The notes beneath the pieces are model-generated. The model made no database searches, was not told the origin of the DNA, and was given only the letters and a program-made list of their open reading frames with translations. Below are positions 24,820-39,084 of a stretch of DNA of 64,000 nt, one piece after another. This DNA is from Camelus dromedarius (taxonomy: Eukaryota), in the NCBI RefSeq assembly GCF_036321535.1, contig NC_087437.1:21702001-21766000 (forward strand), written 5' to 3'. Within the stretch, counting starts at the first letter, position 1. Each line of letters starts with the position of its first letter. A program made the translations under genes and the position numbers.

Positions 24820-24990
24820 TACAACGTGAGCACTCATGAGAATCAGCTGGAGAGCCTGTGAAAAAACAGATGGCTGGGTCCCAACTCCAAGTTTCTCATT
24901 CTTCAGGCTGGGATGGGACGGGAGAATTTCATTCTAACAAGTTCCCAAGTGGTGCTGAGTCTGATGCTCTGGGACTTTGAGAGCCACTGG
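24820..24990. mobile_element. MER5A
   Basis: gaatcagctggagagcctg...tctaacaagttcccaagtggtgctga...tttgagagccactg. Confidence 0.75.
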
Positions 24991-25684
24991 ACCAGAGCAT
25001 CATGTAACTGAGAGAGGAGAGCTAGAAAAAATGGTTTTCTTTTAAAACTTAACTGTCCTACCTTCATAAAATGGATGTTTCAGGTTTTGTTGTTATTTTC
25101 TTTTTAAATTAGTGTCTTTTACCAAGTGGTTGCTGCCTTGTGCCCTTTGCTGCCCTCTGGAAGTTCCTTACCCACTCCACCCCCCACCCCAACCCCCTAG
25201 TTCTCCCAGGAAACCAGCCCTTTTCTTGCATTCCATAGTTTTAAATAACTGCTGTTCAGCCACTGTGACATTCCAACCATGGAAAGCTGAACAGCCAACA
25301 TCACCTAGACGAGGTTAGGAATTGATCCAAACCAAGTGTGAATGACTAGTATATGCAAGGAATATATATTTGGATTTTATTTTGTGTACCTGAATATAAT
25401 GTTAAACTTCATTCAATAAGTGTTTTTGGAATAGCTTGCAAGCTCTGAGCTAAGACAGAGGACATAGACAATTGTAGGAAGTTCCTTCCTTACCCTCAGA
25501 AAAGTGCAGTCTTGTAGGAGGTTTAAGATACACGAATCTATGGCTCCAGTCTAGGGCAGCTGGTGCTAAGTGCTGTGAGAATAATGGAAACCAAAGGTGA
25601 TAGAACTGAGGAGAGAGATTCACTTTCCATTTTAACAATTAGGGCTAGTAGGGCAGGGTTGAGAGATGATGGTTTATGCAATCT

Positions 25685-26095
25685 TCTTTTTTTTTTCCTT
25701 CATTTTTTAAAAATTGAAGTACAGTTTACAATGCTGTGTCAATTTCTGGTGTATAGCGTAATGTTTCAGTCATATATATACATCTATATATTCGTTCTCA
25801 TATATTCATTTTCATTATAGGTTACTACAATATATTGAATATAGTTCCCTGTGCTATACAGTGGAAACTTGTTAATCTAGTTTATATATAGTAGTTAGTA
25901 TCTGCAAATCTCGAACTCCCAATTTATCCCTTCCCACCTCCTTTCCCCTCTGGTAACCACAAGATTGTTTTCTATGCCTATGAGTTAGTTTCCTGTTTTG
26001 TAAATAAGTTCATTTGTGTCATTTTTTTAGATTCTAGATATAAGTGGTATTTTTCTTTCTCTTTCTGGCTTAGTTCATGTAGAATGATGATCTTT
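25685..26095 (-). mobile_element. Lineage-type L1 3' end
   Basis: attgaagtacagtttacaatg...gttccctgtgctatacagt...aatctcgaactcccaatttatccc, preceded by a poly-T head. Confidence 0.85.
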
Positions 26096-27789
26096 TGATG
26101 TTTTATCTATCTTTGTGAACCATCTGATGAGAAAGAGCATTTGTCTACTTTAAGAAAATAATGGAGGAGGGGGGGCATTTGAATTGGGCAGTGGAGGGTG
26201 GCCAGGTGCTCACCAGGCCGAGAGGGCAGCTGGGAGAGTAATAGGGAGAGAGGCATTGCGGACAAAGGGGCAGCTGAACCTCAGAATGGAGATGCAACAG
26301 GGAAATGCAAGTACAGACAGAGCCGAGTTCTCCAGTTCATTTTGGAAAGTACAGGGAGGTAAGACTGGAAAGGTGTTCAGGGAGGATTGTGGAACCTTTT
26401 CAGTATGAGGTTGTAGAGTTTGGACTTTATTCTATAGGCAGTATGAGTCACAAGCTTACCTCTGCTCACTCCCAGGTCCTTCCTAGCCCCCAAACACAAC
26501 AGAAGAGGAGGAATCTCCCATTTCTTACTATGCATTGATCTGTGGTTCCTTGGAACTGTGGTACTCTTGGAAAAACATCTAAAAATGTTTTTTTCCTGGC
26601 TCTGATTTCAATATGTGTATTTCAGTCATCTTACAGACTTGCAAAAGTTAATCCATGATTAAAGGCTTCTGGGTCTTTCAAAAATATGTAACATATAAAA
26701 GGCCATCCAACTTCAATTTCTGAGAGACAAATTATAAAAATGAGATAAAAATGAATAAATCGTTCGGTCTAGTGATTATATTGCTTGTTCAGGGTTGTTC
26801 TGGGAAGAGATAGGAATTCAAAAGTTAAGGCTGAAAGTATGGTGTCCTACAAATACTCTCAAGGGACTTCAAGTGCTGAATGATTCCAAAGGTAAGCGTG
26901 AGTGGCCATGTGGTGTCTCTGGAACACTTTAGCTATCTATATACATTGGGAGGTGTCTGGTTGAGTACTGGTTTAGAGGAGCTTGTCTCTGGGGACTAGA
27001 GGGCACAGCCGAGAGGCTCCGTGGGTGGGAGAATCTCCAAGTCCTTGAGCCTGTCTGAACCTGGGTTTTTGTTGTTGTTATTGTTGTTTGTATTTTGTTG
27101 TTCTTTTTTTTTTGTTGTTGTGGATTAAGTAAGATAAAATAGGGAAGATATGATACACATTTTGGATCAAAATCTTCTACGACTAAGATTTATTCTAAGT
27201 TCTTGTGGCCCCATCTGTGGCCACGTAGAGTGTGAGTTTCTTGAAGACAGGACTGTATCTTTTTCACTTTGTATCACCATTGCTTGAATGCCTACTATAC
27301 AAGTAAGCACTTAATAAATTGTTGAATGAATGGAAGAAAAATGGAATGAATGAATGGATGAACCTGTACCCACCCCCACCTCACCCACTTAATATTTTGT
27401 AGCTTCTTGCTTGTAGAGACTTAAGACCCATGGTGCCTTATTTTCAGACTGCTAATCCTAGGTCTGTGTTTTACTGGCAGTAAATCTTGAGAGATACCCC
27501 CGCCTTATCCAAGAGATAGCTGCATAGCTTGTATTCAAAGTATAAGGCTCATTGTCAGTTCATATGTGCTCTAAACTAATTCCAGAAATGATTTCAATAA
27601 TGATATGTAATAATAATGTGTTACATGTAGATAATGCTTGTATGTAAAATTGATTCACCTCTAAAATAAACTGACATGTAAATTGAGGTTATATTCCTCT
27701 TGAAGTATTTCTTATTATTTTAAAAGAAATCAGATTAGAGGTGAGTAGGGGGGTAGCTTATAGAGAAGCTTAAAGAATATATATACATA

Positions 27790-27950
27790 TATGTATGTTT
27801 ATTTATTTATTTATTTATATTGCTATTTTTTGGGGGGGGGAAGTAATTAGGTTTACTTCTTTATTTATTTTTAGAGGAGGTACTGGGGATCGAACCCAGG
27901 ACCTTGTGTATGCTAAGCATGCGCTCTACCACTTGAACTGTACCCTCCCC
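27790..27950 (-). mobile_element. Vic-1-type SINE (long form)
   Basis: gtaattaggttt...gaggaggtactggggatcgaacccaggaccttgtgtatgctaagcatgcgctctaccacttgaact. Confidence 0.9.
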
Positions 27951-28779
27951 AGGAATGTATATTAATGCACTAATCTGCTAGAGGCTTGGATACCTGTTTT
28001 ATCTGCAGTTAAATGAAACAAGAACCAAAAGTTAACTTTATTCTACCCTAGGTTTTACAGTTTCTCTAATGTTAACAGTAATCCAGTTCTTGATTCCTGA
28101 AATTAGACTTGATTAATGTGGGAAAACAATTCATCTCTTTCATTTTGAACAAAGTAATTTGGTTTGTAAAATTATTATATTTCCTATTAATGTACATCAG
28201 GAAATGTTTCAGATGAAAAGATTAAACTTTCTAAATTTTTACTGAGTTGTATCTTACCTAAGTGCTATATATTGTGCTGTGGGAGGCTAAACCTTAATTG
28301 AAGTATTTCTGCAATGTTAATACTACATTTCTCATAGGACTAGGGCAGCAAATAATGGAAGAAGTGAAAACACTGTAATTTTCTAGTAATTCAGAGGAAA
28401 TGACAATTCTGAGGTAGTATACTAAAATGAGTACACAACAGTACTCATTTTTGTAAGTTAATTTATTATTAACTATTGGTGGGAATATTTTTTGCATCCT
28501 TTTTCATATCTCAGGCACACTTTCGAGAGGGCTTTTGTTATATATGTTTCTCATTTATTCTGAAAAGGCTCATTCAAACCATGTGCCTGCACAGTTTCAT
28601 CCCATTATGTTATGCTCTTAGGCATTACACTAAGGGTGTTACAAAATCAAGCAGCAAGACTTCTCAGGGAAATTAAAGATTTCATATCAATCAGACATTG
28701 TCAAAATCTTGGTCTTTGAATAGGATTAAATGTGTTCCTTCAGTATTCCTGGTGCACATGATGTTGTTTTTAAACTAAT

Positions 28780-29935
28780 AGCTTTATGTATGTATTGAGG
28801 TATAATTCACATAGCATACAATTCACTCATTTAAAGTATAAGCCATTTTTAAGATATTTCCATTACCCTGTATCTTTTAGCACTCACTCCTCATTTCCTC
28901 AGTTTTAACATTTGGTGGATCATGCTTTATTCAGAAATGCTCCCTCCTGTAAATCAAATTCTGTTAGTCATCCTCCATCTCTTCCCAGGCAATGACAAAT
29001 CTACTGTCTGTCTCTAAGGTTTGCATAATCTTGACATTTCATATAAGTGGAATCATACAGTATGTAGCCTTTTGTGTCTGGCTTATTTCACTTTTCATAA
29101 CGTTTCCAAGTTTCATCCATGTTGTAGATCAGTACTTCACTTTCTATGGCTGAATAATAGTTCATTGTGTGGATCTACATTTATTCAGTCATCAGCTCAT
29201 GGACATTTGAGTTGTTTGCACATTTGGCTATTGTGAGTAAATGTGCTGTGAACATTCGTGAACAAGTTTTGGGGGGACATATGTTTTCATTTCTCTTGGG
29301 CGTATACCTGGAGGTGGAATTGCTGGGTTATAGGTGACTCGATGTTTAACGTTTTGAGGAACTTCCAGACTGTTTTCCTGAACTGCTCTATTCCAGACTG
29401 CACTATTTTGTGTTCCTCTGAGCAATGTATGAAGGTTCTGGTTTCTCCATATCCTCACCAGCACTTGTTATTATCTGTCTTTTTAACTATGGCCATCTTG
29501 GTGTGAAGTGGTGTCTCATTGTGGTGACTTTTTTCTTTTTAAATGGAGGTACTGGGGATGGAACCCAAGACCTCCTGCATGCTAAGTGTGTGCTCTACCA
29601 CTGAGCTATTACCCTCCCCACAATGGTGACTTTTTTTTAAAATTAATAAACTTAATTTTTTTGGAACAGTTTTAGATTTACAGAGAAAGTAAGCAGCTAG
29701 TACAGAGAATTTCCACATGCCCCCACACTGATACACAGTTTACCCTACTGTTAACATCTTATATTGGTATGGTACACTTGTTATAGTAAATGAACCAATA
29801 TTGTTACATTATTATTAACTATAGTCTATGGTTTATTGTTATTTCCTTAGTTTTTAACCTTAAGTCAATTCTATTCCAGAATCCCATCTAAGATACCACA
29901 TTACATTTAGCTGAGTTTTAGCTTCTTGGGCTGTA
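28780..29935 (-). mobile_element. Two old L1 3' fragments with a SINE inserted near their junction
   Basis: attgaggtataattcacata...aagtggaatcatacagtatgtagcc...ggaacttccagactgttttcc, then ggaacagttttagatttacagagaaa...gataccacattacatttag. Confidence 0.8.
29535..29623 (-). mobile_element. Vic-1-type SINE (short form)
   Basis: tRNA-Ala-like body. TSD tggtgactttttt at 29522 and 29624. Confidence 0.9.
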
Positions 29936-31104
29936 AAAATACTTACATAATCAGAATTGGAAATCAGAAGTATGGTTAACAGGGAATTCTTAGGAATTTT
30001 AAAAGTTCATTTGCCTCAGGAAGATGAGAAGAAATTTAACTCAAGCTATATTTTCCTAGCGACGACTGGAAAATCGTCATCGTTGCATTGGAAGAGGATC
30101 AGATTATGTAACAGAATTTATTTTTGTGACTGTCAGGCAGCATCTAATCTAAGAGTAAAGCCAAAGGTGTATATATATGTTTTTTTCTTCTTTAAATGTA
30201 CCCGAGAATGTTGTTTTTCTTGTAGTAAAACATAAAGTGAATAGAAATTCCGATTGACTTTAAGAATTCCACAGTGTGAGGCGGCAAGGGTCCAACGTGC
30301 AATGAGTATTTCCACCCACATCCATTCCAGTAATCCTCCCAGTTGCCTTGTGGAGGGGGCAGGGAACTGGGGCTCTGACAGGCTGTGTCATTTGGCCTGA
30401 CTCACGCAGCTGTTGGTTGAGATGAGATTTGAACCCAGGGCTGTGGAATTTGATATCCTACTGTTTGCCAGACCAGGCTCCAGAGTTTCCAGTGTTTTTA
30501 AATCAGGAAGTTATCAAAGGGCACAGGATGGAGTCCTTATCTTACTGGATATTTTTACTGCCAGCTGGAGAAGATAGCATCTCTCTGTGCTCAAAGCCCC
30601 ACCGAAATCAGGCTGTCCGATTAACAGCATACTTGTTGAGTGCTAACAGAAGAGAACTGAGCCAGCTTTGCCTGGGGCACTCTACCATCTTGTCTGTGGA
30701 GCAGTAACTCCATTGCTACCCGTGTCTTCTGAAAATGAAGCCCGAGGGTCATAAAGCAAGACAGGAGCCACATGGAAGAACAGCATGTTCAGCTACGGTT
30801 TGTCTGGGGTTACATCGTTCAGTGAACATTGCTCAAGGGGCATCACTCAGTGTATGTCTCAGTAAGATCTTAAGTTTTCTTGCTAAGTGAGTGGCATAGA
30901 GGATTTGGTTTTCAATCCTTACCTTTGAATAGGAGAGGATGTAGTAATAATCTGTGAATGCACTTGAAATGAAGTAATAAAGTTGTACGGATTACCTGTC
31001 TGAGGAAGGTCTGGAAAATTTCCCTACTTAATTCAGCGAATGAATCCTTGTAAATGGCCCAACTTGGTTGATCACAGAATACAAGGTTTTCTTCTGCTCA
31101 GACT

Positions 31105-31470
31105 TTCTGTAGGAGTCAAGGTAGAGTAGGCTATGTTACAGTAACAAATCAACCCTGATATTTCCTTTGATTTCTTGTTCACAGAAATGTCAGTGTGCAT
31201 TGGCTCTGCTCCAGGGCAGCTGTTCTGCGTGCAGTGACTCAAAGACCCAGGCTGCTGTGATTTTTGTGATTTTGCTGTTTTAACGTGGGACTTACAGATT
31301 GTCTCAGCAGGGGGAGAGGAGCTGGATCACATACTGGCTCTGAATTGCTTTGGCCTTGGGGGACACAGGTCACTTCTACACAGCTGGTCGGCTGGAACTA
31401 ATCACATGAGCTTGCTTGGAAGTGAGGGGGAGCACAAGGCTATTCAGTGAACAGTAAATGTCTTTGCTTC
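31105..31470. mobile_element. MaLR LTR (MLT1J/K-like)
   Basis: taggctatgttacagtaacaaa...cagtgactcaaagacccaggctg...ggaactaatcacatg...gtgaacagtaaatgtct. Confidence 0.65.
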
Positions 31471-32484
31471 ACCTTTAGAACCAGAGAACTGGTTAGTTTG
31501 GGGGAGGGGAACCTCCAGGTAAAGAGAGAAAAGCCTTCTGAAATGTGATAATTACTTGATGATTTAGATACAGCTGATTCAGTGACTTGATACCTGTTTG
31601 TGGATATCAAAGCTATTCTAAGAGGATGACAATAAAGTTTACTTCTTTCATATGATAATTATTCAGGTGATGGTACTGATGATCAAAGCTTGTATTTAGT
31701 AAGGTATTCTAAGAGTTTTACATGAATTAAATGAATTCAGATTGAGGGCTGTGATTTTATCTCGATGGTAAATATTCTCCAGTTCCATCAATTAACCTTG
31801 GAAGTGGTATCTAGGTTAGACCCATCACCATGCTGATAGCTCTCCTCTAGAAACCAGATTGTCACTATATTCTCATACACAGAGGCTCCCTAGGTTGGGC
31901 TCTGTACTCTGGATGTGCTCTAACCAGCAGAGGTAACAGTGAGACCCAATATTTACTGTGATTTGGATTTATACTTGTACAGATGCAACTTAAGATTCTG
32001 CAGACCTTTTTAGCAGCCCTATCTAGAAAAAAGCTTGTGGTGAACTAAGGCTTAGGGCCATAGGATTTTTGTTTGTTTGTACATTTTTTTCCTTCAAACT
32101 AATCCTCTTTGGTTGTGTTTTTGTGATGCCATTTTTTTCCCCTTAAAAATCTACTGCTGGTTAACACAGAACTCCTCTTTAGTTTATCCTTATGATCTGC
32201 CCTTTCCCTGTACTTCATTGTGGCCTCAGATTCTGCCATTGGAATTACAGGATATCAGAGACCCTAGATGGGCTGCACAGATGGGAGCAGTCCTCTCTTG
32301 TTCTCTGTGTGAAAGAGGCTCTCTGTTGTTTGAGAACAACTCTCTTTAGCACAGAGGAGCCCCACCTCAGGTTCTTTATGTCGATGCCATATTCATTCAT
32401 CAAATATTTACTGAACACGGTTTGGGCCGGGCACTGGGCTAGGCCCTAGCAGTCTTTACCTTTCTTAGAAACAATAGTCTGGAC

Positions 32485-32813
32485 CAAGGGAGTGACAAAC
32501 TTAGTCTGTAAGGGACCATATAAGAAATATTTTAGGCTTTATAGGCCATATGGTCTCTGTCTCGACTACGTAGCTCTGCTCTTACAGCACAAAAACAGCC
32601 ATAGATAGTATGTAAGTAAATGAGCGTGGCTGTGTTCCAATGAACATTATTTATGGGTGCTAAAATTTTGATTTCTTAATGTCACATGTCACAAGCTATT
32701 ATTCTTTCGATTTAAAAAAATTGTTCAAAAATCTAAAAGCATTCTTAGTTCACAGGTAGTATGCAAGCAGGCAGTGGGCCAGATTTGGCTGGAGGGCTGT
32801 TGGCTGACCCCTG
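32485..32813. mobile_element. MER58B-like hAT-Charlie MITE
   Basis: TIRs caagggagtgacaaac / gttggctgacccctg, with a degenerate 8-bp TSD gtctggac / gtctagaa. Confidence 0.85.
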
Positions 32814-34880
32814 GTCTAGAACCAGCTCTGTAGGGTTTTTTTTTCTTTTAAAAAACAGAAAGAAAAAAAACACAGAATCTCTAAAAAAGAATGCATGTAA
32901 GTGGTTGGAGTTTAATTGTAATGCTCTGTATGGTTTTCTTCTCACAAATGGGTAGTGAACTGCCTTAATGATTACTTAAATTATTCAAGTGCAGTGTTTA
33001 AATGTCATTAACTTCATCCAAGCCTTTATTCAATAAACAAGTCTCCCATCAATTATTGGTGAATGTCGTTTCTGCAAATTGAGATGATTTCTTCACCCTT
33101 TCCTCCCTTCCCCTATATGTATTATGTGCCTACATATACATATACGTGTGTATACACATAATATACAATTGTATACACAGTTATATTACTTTTGAGGACC
33201 GCTAATGCTGTGAAAATCATGAATCACCAATATTTAAAATAATAGCTAACATCTATCAGACACTTACCATATGTCTAAGTCTTTTGCTGTTTTTTAAAAT
33301 TAATCCTTCCCCAAAATCTGTAAAGTTGGTGTTACCATCATCATCATCTTCATTTTTTCGCTGTGAAGACAGAGACTTGGAATAACTCACCCAAGTTGAT
33401 GCAATTTTAATAGGAAGCAGAGTCAGTATTTCTTCTTAAGGATTCTGACTCCAGAGTCAGGACTCCTACTGATACATTATGTCTCCCTAGGTACTGCAAT
33501 ATATGCGTGAAAGTAACTAAACTGTATTTCTTAATTACACTGTAAAAAAATAGGAATGGTGAATAAAGATTAAAAAATATTTTTTTTCCCTAAGAGGCAA
33601 GCATGTGATTGCAAAAGGAGACATTTGGGAAGCAAACTACTCTATACTAATAGTTTTCATTGACTTAATTTTAACTTGTTTCTGTCCGTGAGCAGAGATA
33701 ATCAATGGAGACTCTAGCTTTAGGGTAAACAGTGGGCTGAGATCCTCCTCTTTTCTGAACTGAGAATCAGGGCAGGGCATGATTCACAATAGAATGGTGC
33801 GTCATGTCTGGCTCAAAAATCGTAATACAGACCCTTTATGTTTGTATGTAGGGTTTATAGAATACTCTCTTGCTTGTGACACACTGTGTGGAAGCACTTC
33901 ATAACCTGGAAATCAGATTCCGGAGGAATCACTGTTAGTGCTTCTGGCGGGCCATGCTGCTATAGATATAAGCCTTAGCCTAACTTCCCTTGTTCCTTAT
34001 GTTGCATCAGTAGAAAAGGTTAGATCTCAAGCGAACATAACCTGTGAAAGACTCCTAGCAGAATATTTAACATTTCCCTCACTTACTGTTGGACCTGTGT
34101 TATGTTGAACCAGGAGGAAAAGGACTGCAAAAGCCATTCTTGTCCTGGGAGTCCTCTGAGAAGAAAAGAGAAGTAAGGTGTGACACATTTTATTTTGCCA
34201 TTTAAGTGCTGGCCTTACAGGGAGAGAAGTGAGACAGAGAAGGGAGAATTTTGAAAAGCAAATATTTACCTTGACACTGACTCACTAATCTAATCTTCTG
34301 GGCAAAGACCAGGAATTCCAAAGGTGCCCAGACCTGTGTGACTCTGGGGCGTGTCTCTGGCGGTGGCACTGCAGTGGTTTGATGGTGGCATAGCAGTGCT
34401 GTCAGCCAGTTCACTGTGCATGCAAGTAACAGGTGACTCGAGAGAAGATCTTTGTACACTATTATGGCACAAGGATCTTTTCCTAATTAGGTGATAATTC
34501 TCCTCTGCGTTTTTCTGTATTCCAGCTTCTTGCGAAATAAAGAAGGCCATCAAGTGACAGGACCTTTCCAAAAACAATAAACTTTTATTTGCTTTATATG
34601 TAGTTTATCATTAAGTAGGCCATAAAGTTCTACATCTGGTAACTTTGGATTACGGAATTTGTGTCTTATAACAACACAGGATATGCCTACTTTTTCTTTC
34701 AGGGAGTCCTGGAGAACTAGAGATGTTGGAAAAGAGATGGCCTTTTTAGTTTGAGTTCCTTTATTCTCTCGTCACCTCTCTTCTCCTCTCTTCATGACTC
34801 AGAATGGTAGCCACCACTTGCTGAAGAGAAAAAAAACACACATATATTTCTTTCTTTCAAGATCACAATCCTCTAATTTG

Positions 34881-35020
34881 TATTTTTCTTTGTTGGGTGG
34901 GGTAATTAGGTATATTTATATATTTATTTTTAATTGGAGGTACTGGGAATTGAACCCCGGACTTCTTGCATGCTTAGCACACACTCTACCACTGAGCTAT
35001 ACTCTCCCCTCCCCTCCATA
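34881..35020 (-). mobile_element. Vic-1-type SINE (long form)
   Basis: tRNA-Ala-like body and tail. TSD ctctaatttg at 34871 and 35021. Confidence 0.9.
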
Positions 35021-36573
35021 CTCTAATTTGAATTTAGGGATATCTGAGAAAATTCACAGTGGCAGAGCTTGTGCTTAGCCACTGTCGGTTCACATATGCT
35101 CTGTGGAAGAAAGGCCCTTGGGAGAACTGGGAGGGTAGGGGACCGTAAGGATTGTGGGCAACTTGAATGTTTACCCCTTACCTGAAAAGCACAACTGTCA
35201 TTGGCCTAGCCCAGTGTCATCATGTGGAAATATGGGCTCAGGATTGCTGAGCAATTAAATTTTAAATTTTGGAGCAGGTATGTAAAAATGAGATTCTGAT
35301 TTGAAAAGAGAAAATAGAAACCTGAATTTTATGTGAATCTCCTCATTTTTACATATTAGCTCCAAAATTTAGAAAACACCCAATGAGCCACAGAGGGCAT
35401 GTGTCCAGGCAGGATTTGGCCCATGGTACTATTTTGTCCCTTTGGCAGCCAGAGGGGGCCCTTAGTTTGGTGAGGAAGAATTTACCAGAGCCCTGAGATG
35501 GGTGCCCCAGGAGTCTGGAGGCCACAGAATGTAAGACCCGCATGGATTTCACCCTATTCTCTCTTCTGTTTGGCTGATGAGGTTGTTTTGTAATTTTTCT
35601 GCTCTTAAGGAAAACCTTCTGCTGTCCCGATTTCCTTCCTAAAGGAGGAGGGGCTGGCGATGTTGAGTCCAGATGGGGATCCCAGGAGCTGAGTGGGGCT
35701 GAGCTGATGTGGGGCAGCGCTGGCTACACTGCAGGGTTGGAAGAAGTCAGGGCACCATCTGAGAATTGAGACACAAACGCATCTCTGCAGGATCTGGGTA
35801 GGTGGGCAGAACGTGGCACTGGAGCAGAGCTGCCAGGCCCAGGGATGCAAAGCAGAGCTGGAAGTGGTGGCCAAGAGGTGCCTGAGGTGCTGAGGAACAG
35901 CCTGAGGGCTTTGCTGTGGGTGGGGATGGAGCTGTTGAGTTAGCCAGCCTGGTCCGAACATTTATTGGTGACTGACCTAGAGAAGTAATCTAGGCTGAAT
36001 TTCCTGGAGGCTCTGTATCTTCTTCTCTCCACTTACACCACTTTGGTGGCAACTCCGTGTTCCAGGAGCAGGAACATTATTCATTATGCACAGTTGATGC
36101 TGTATGGCTCCAGCATTATGGCTTAGACAAGACAGGGTCACTCTGCTTCCAGAATGAGGCCTTTGGAATTCTTAGTCACATTCCCTGTCATTCCCATGAT
36201 TGTTAGGCTGGATGCTTTTAGATTGAGGAGGCTGATAGTTCATACTCTTCTTCTCTTTATTCTCTGAACTGATTGAGAAATCTATAGAGGCCTCTTACAT
36301 AGAGCTCCAAATACCAACTTTATTCCTCGTGGAGCTGGGTCAGGATTGCAGGCTAGATGTGTGGCCAAACGGTCTTCCTCATTCCTTTCCTCCCAGAATT
36401 TTAACTTCTACCTACCCCATCCCAGGCAGAAGTGCTGGACAGTTGCCTCTGGGTTGCTTACCATTTGGGGGCAGAGGACAGTGTGCATCCTGGGGACAAG
36501 CTGCTGCCGAAGAGGGAAAGGGCAGGCCACGTGAGGACAGCGATGTGGAGCATTTTAGCCCCACCCACTTGAG

Positions 36574-36758
36574 CAGTGGTTCTCAGATGGTGCCTCTCAG
36601 GCAAGCAGCACCAGCATGACCTCTGCAGTTGTTTGAAATGCACATTTGTGGTCTCCAACCTAGGTGAACTGAGTCAGAGCCTCTGGGGAGTGGGGCCCAA
36701 GAGTCTATGTGTTAATGAGCCCTAGGATTCTGCTGCAGTTAAAGTTTGAGAATCACTG
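36574..36758. mobile_element. MER5A
   Basis: cagtggttctca...aaagtttgagaatcactg TIRs. Confidence 0.75.
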
Positions 36759-37049
36759 CAGTGGAGAAAGGAGGTTCAGTGGACCCAAAACACTTACTCT
36801 CTCACGAGTGAGATGAATCAGTTACCCTTGTTCAGAGGAGAGTGAGAAGGGAATGCAGAGAAAGAGGCCAGAGTGCTGCTTTAACAATAGGGCCTCCTGG
36901 AAGCAAAGATTCCCTGAATGGGTCTCCCCACCAGATAATCAAATCGTGCCTCCCCTCGTGTAGAGGACAGTAGTCTGAGAAGGACCAGCAGGTGCAGACA
37001 TAAAGATTTTCTTCAGATGCCCTTTTCTCATCTGTTAATGTTTCCTACC

Positions 37050-37168
37050 TTTTTTCCTTTTTTTTTTTAAACTTTTTTTTTTTTAACGGAGGTACTAGGG
37101 ATTGAACCCAGGACCTTGTGCGTGCTAAGCAGGCACTCTACCACTGAGCTATTCCCACCCCCACCCCC
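37050..37168 (-). mobile_element. Vic-1-type SINE (short form)
   Basis: ggaggtactagggattgaacccaggaccttgtgcgtgctaagcaggcactctaccactgagctat, preceded by poly-T. Confidence 0.9.
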
Positions 37169-37298
37169 ACCTTTTCTATAAAGGATAAAAGAGAAAAAGG
37201 AAAGCAGAGAGCACTAAAAGATACAAGAGGAAAATAAAGAATAGGTATTATATTTCTTTCAACATCATCTTTTACGGTTAATTTATCATTTATTTTGT

Positions 37299-37466
37299 TT
37301 TAATTTACTTACTTTTTATTGATGTACCGTTGACTTACAATGTTGTGTTAGTTTCTGGTGTACAGCATAGTGATTCAGTCATACATATATATGTATCCTT
37401 TTTCATTATAGGTTACTATACACTATTGAATATAGTTCCCTGTGCTACATAGTAGGACCTTGTTTG
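37299..37466 (-). mobile_element. Lineage-type L1 3' tip
   Basis: ttacaatgttgtgttagtttctggtgtacagcatagtgattcag. TSD tcatttattttgt at 37286 and 37467. Confidence 0.85.
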
Positions 37467-39084
37467 TCATTTATTTTGTATTTTCTTAATTAAGTTCTTA
37501 GTCTCTGATTCGTTTTTCTAGTTGTGACCCCCAATTCCAGGCCATTTGACTGTGATAGATGTCATCAGCATGGACTCAGCAGTGCTGTGCTGTTGCCTTC
37601 CTGTTTGCATCTGTTCATTTTCATGTGATTGAATCGTGTGTAGTTTTCAGCGATGTGATAATTTATGTCCCTCATATTCACCCGGAGGTTGAGATTATTT
37701 ATCTTGCTTTGTAACCTTGAGCAGGAAATTCAGTTTCACTCTCAGTCTTCAAATCAGAATGGAGGCTGGCTCAGTGACTGAAATACTTAGTGATGGCAAG
37801 GAGTTGTCTCAACAATCCATTTAGTTGGCATTTCATGTTCTAAGGTGAGAAAAGAGGTAAATTTCCTAAATGCTTGTGCTTGGGAAAAACATCTTTTGCT
37901 TCAGGTAACCTTTCTAGAGGTTTGTTAGAAAATCATGCTTCCTTAGGTATATATAACCTCAACAAATATGGATTCTCTTTGTTGTATTATGGTTTTCTTT
38001 ATTTTATTATGGTTCCCTTTATTTTTCCCCCCTCAACACAGCCTCTTGTAAACACGCTCAATTCCATGCAGTCTGGAGTAGAAGCTTGTTTCCATTAAAT
38101 ATTTAATCTTTCCTGACACTGTTACAGGGATGAAAAGGATTCAAACTACCTCTGTTCATAAATATTTTGCTTTAACTTCATCCAGAAATGGAATTAGGGT
38201 CATGTTACAATCACAATAGCTGAATAGTTACTGTGTTCCAAGAACTGTGCTCAATCTGTCATAACAGCCCTGTGGGCAGGTAGGTCTTCCATTCCTTTTA
38301 TGCAAATGAGGAAACTGGTACAGAGAACTTGAGTGACTTGCCCCAAGCATTCCCTCATTAAGAGGCAGGAGCGGAATCAAATCCAGGTTTGTTTATATCA
38401 AAGCTGTACCCTTAACTATCTTGTCTCCTAGATGGGCTAGCCCCTGGGCTAACTCCTGACAAGAACTGCCTTTTGGATCTTGGTGAGACCAGCAGAAGTC
38501 TCCAGTGGTTGGTGGAAGAAGTGGAGAATGGTTCAGCAATGTTAGTCATTCGTTAGGGGACAGAATTCAGAAATTCTTCATTCCGATCCTGTTCAGATTC
38601 CTGGGCCCCACCCTTCCGAATGAGACTGAGAACCTTGGAGGATGAGATCCAGGAATCTGCATTATTTAAGCTCCAGGGGTTGCTCCTGTGACTACCAGTG
38701 AGAACACCACACCTCATTGCTGGGTAGCATTTAATGTCTACTGCAGTGATCCCCTGGCCCCAGCCTACCAGGTATGGTTAAGACAAAGGCACTTCTGTTC
38801 ATCATTATTGGCAAAATCTTGAATATTTTAATTTTTGCCATATTTTTCTTTTTAAGCTTCTATTTGAATAGCAGACTGAATATTTGACTTCTAGTGTGTA
38901 TGTACATATATTCTCTTGGAGGGAAAATTTATTTAAGCAAAATTGTAAAGCTAACATTGGCCTCTTCCGCCAGATATACTCGTCTTCCCTCTTTGCTTCT
39001 CCCGAAGGGTAACTGTTCTCTCTTGTGGGCAAATCCAAGGCCAAGGTGAGAAGAACACCCTGTCTGGAGTAAAACTGTCTAAGC

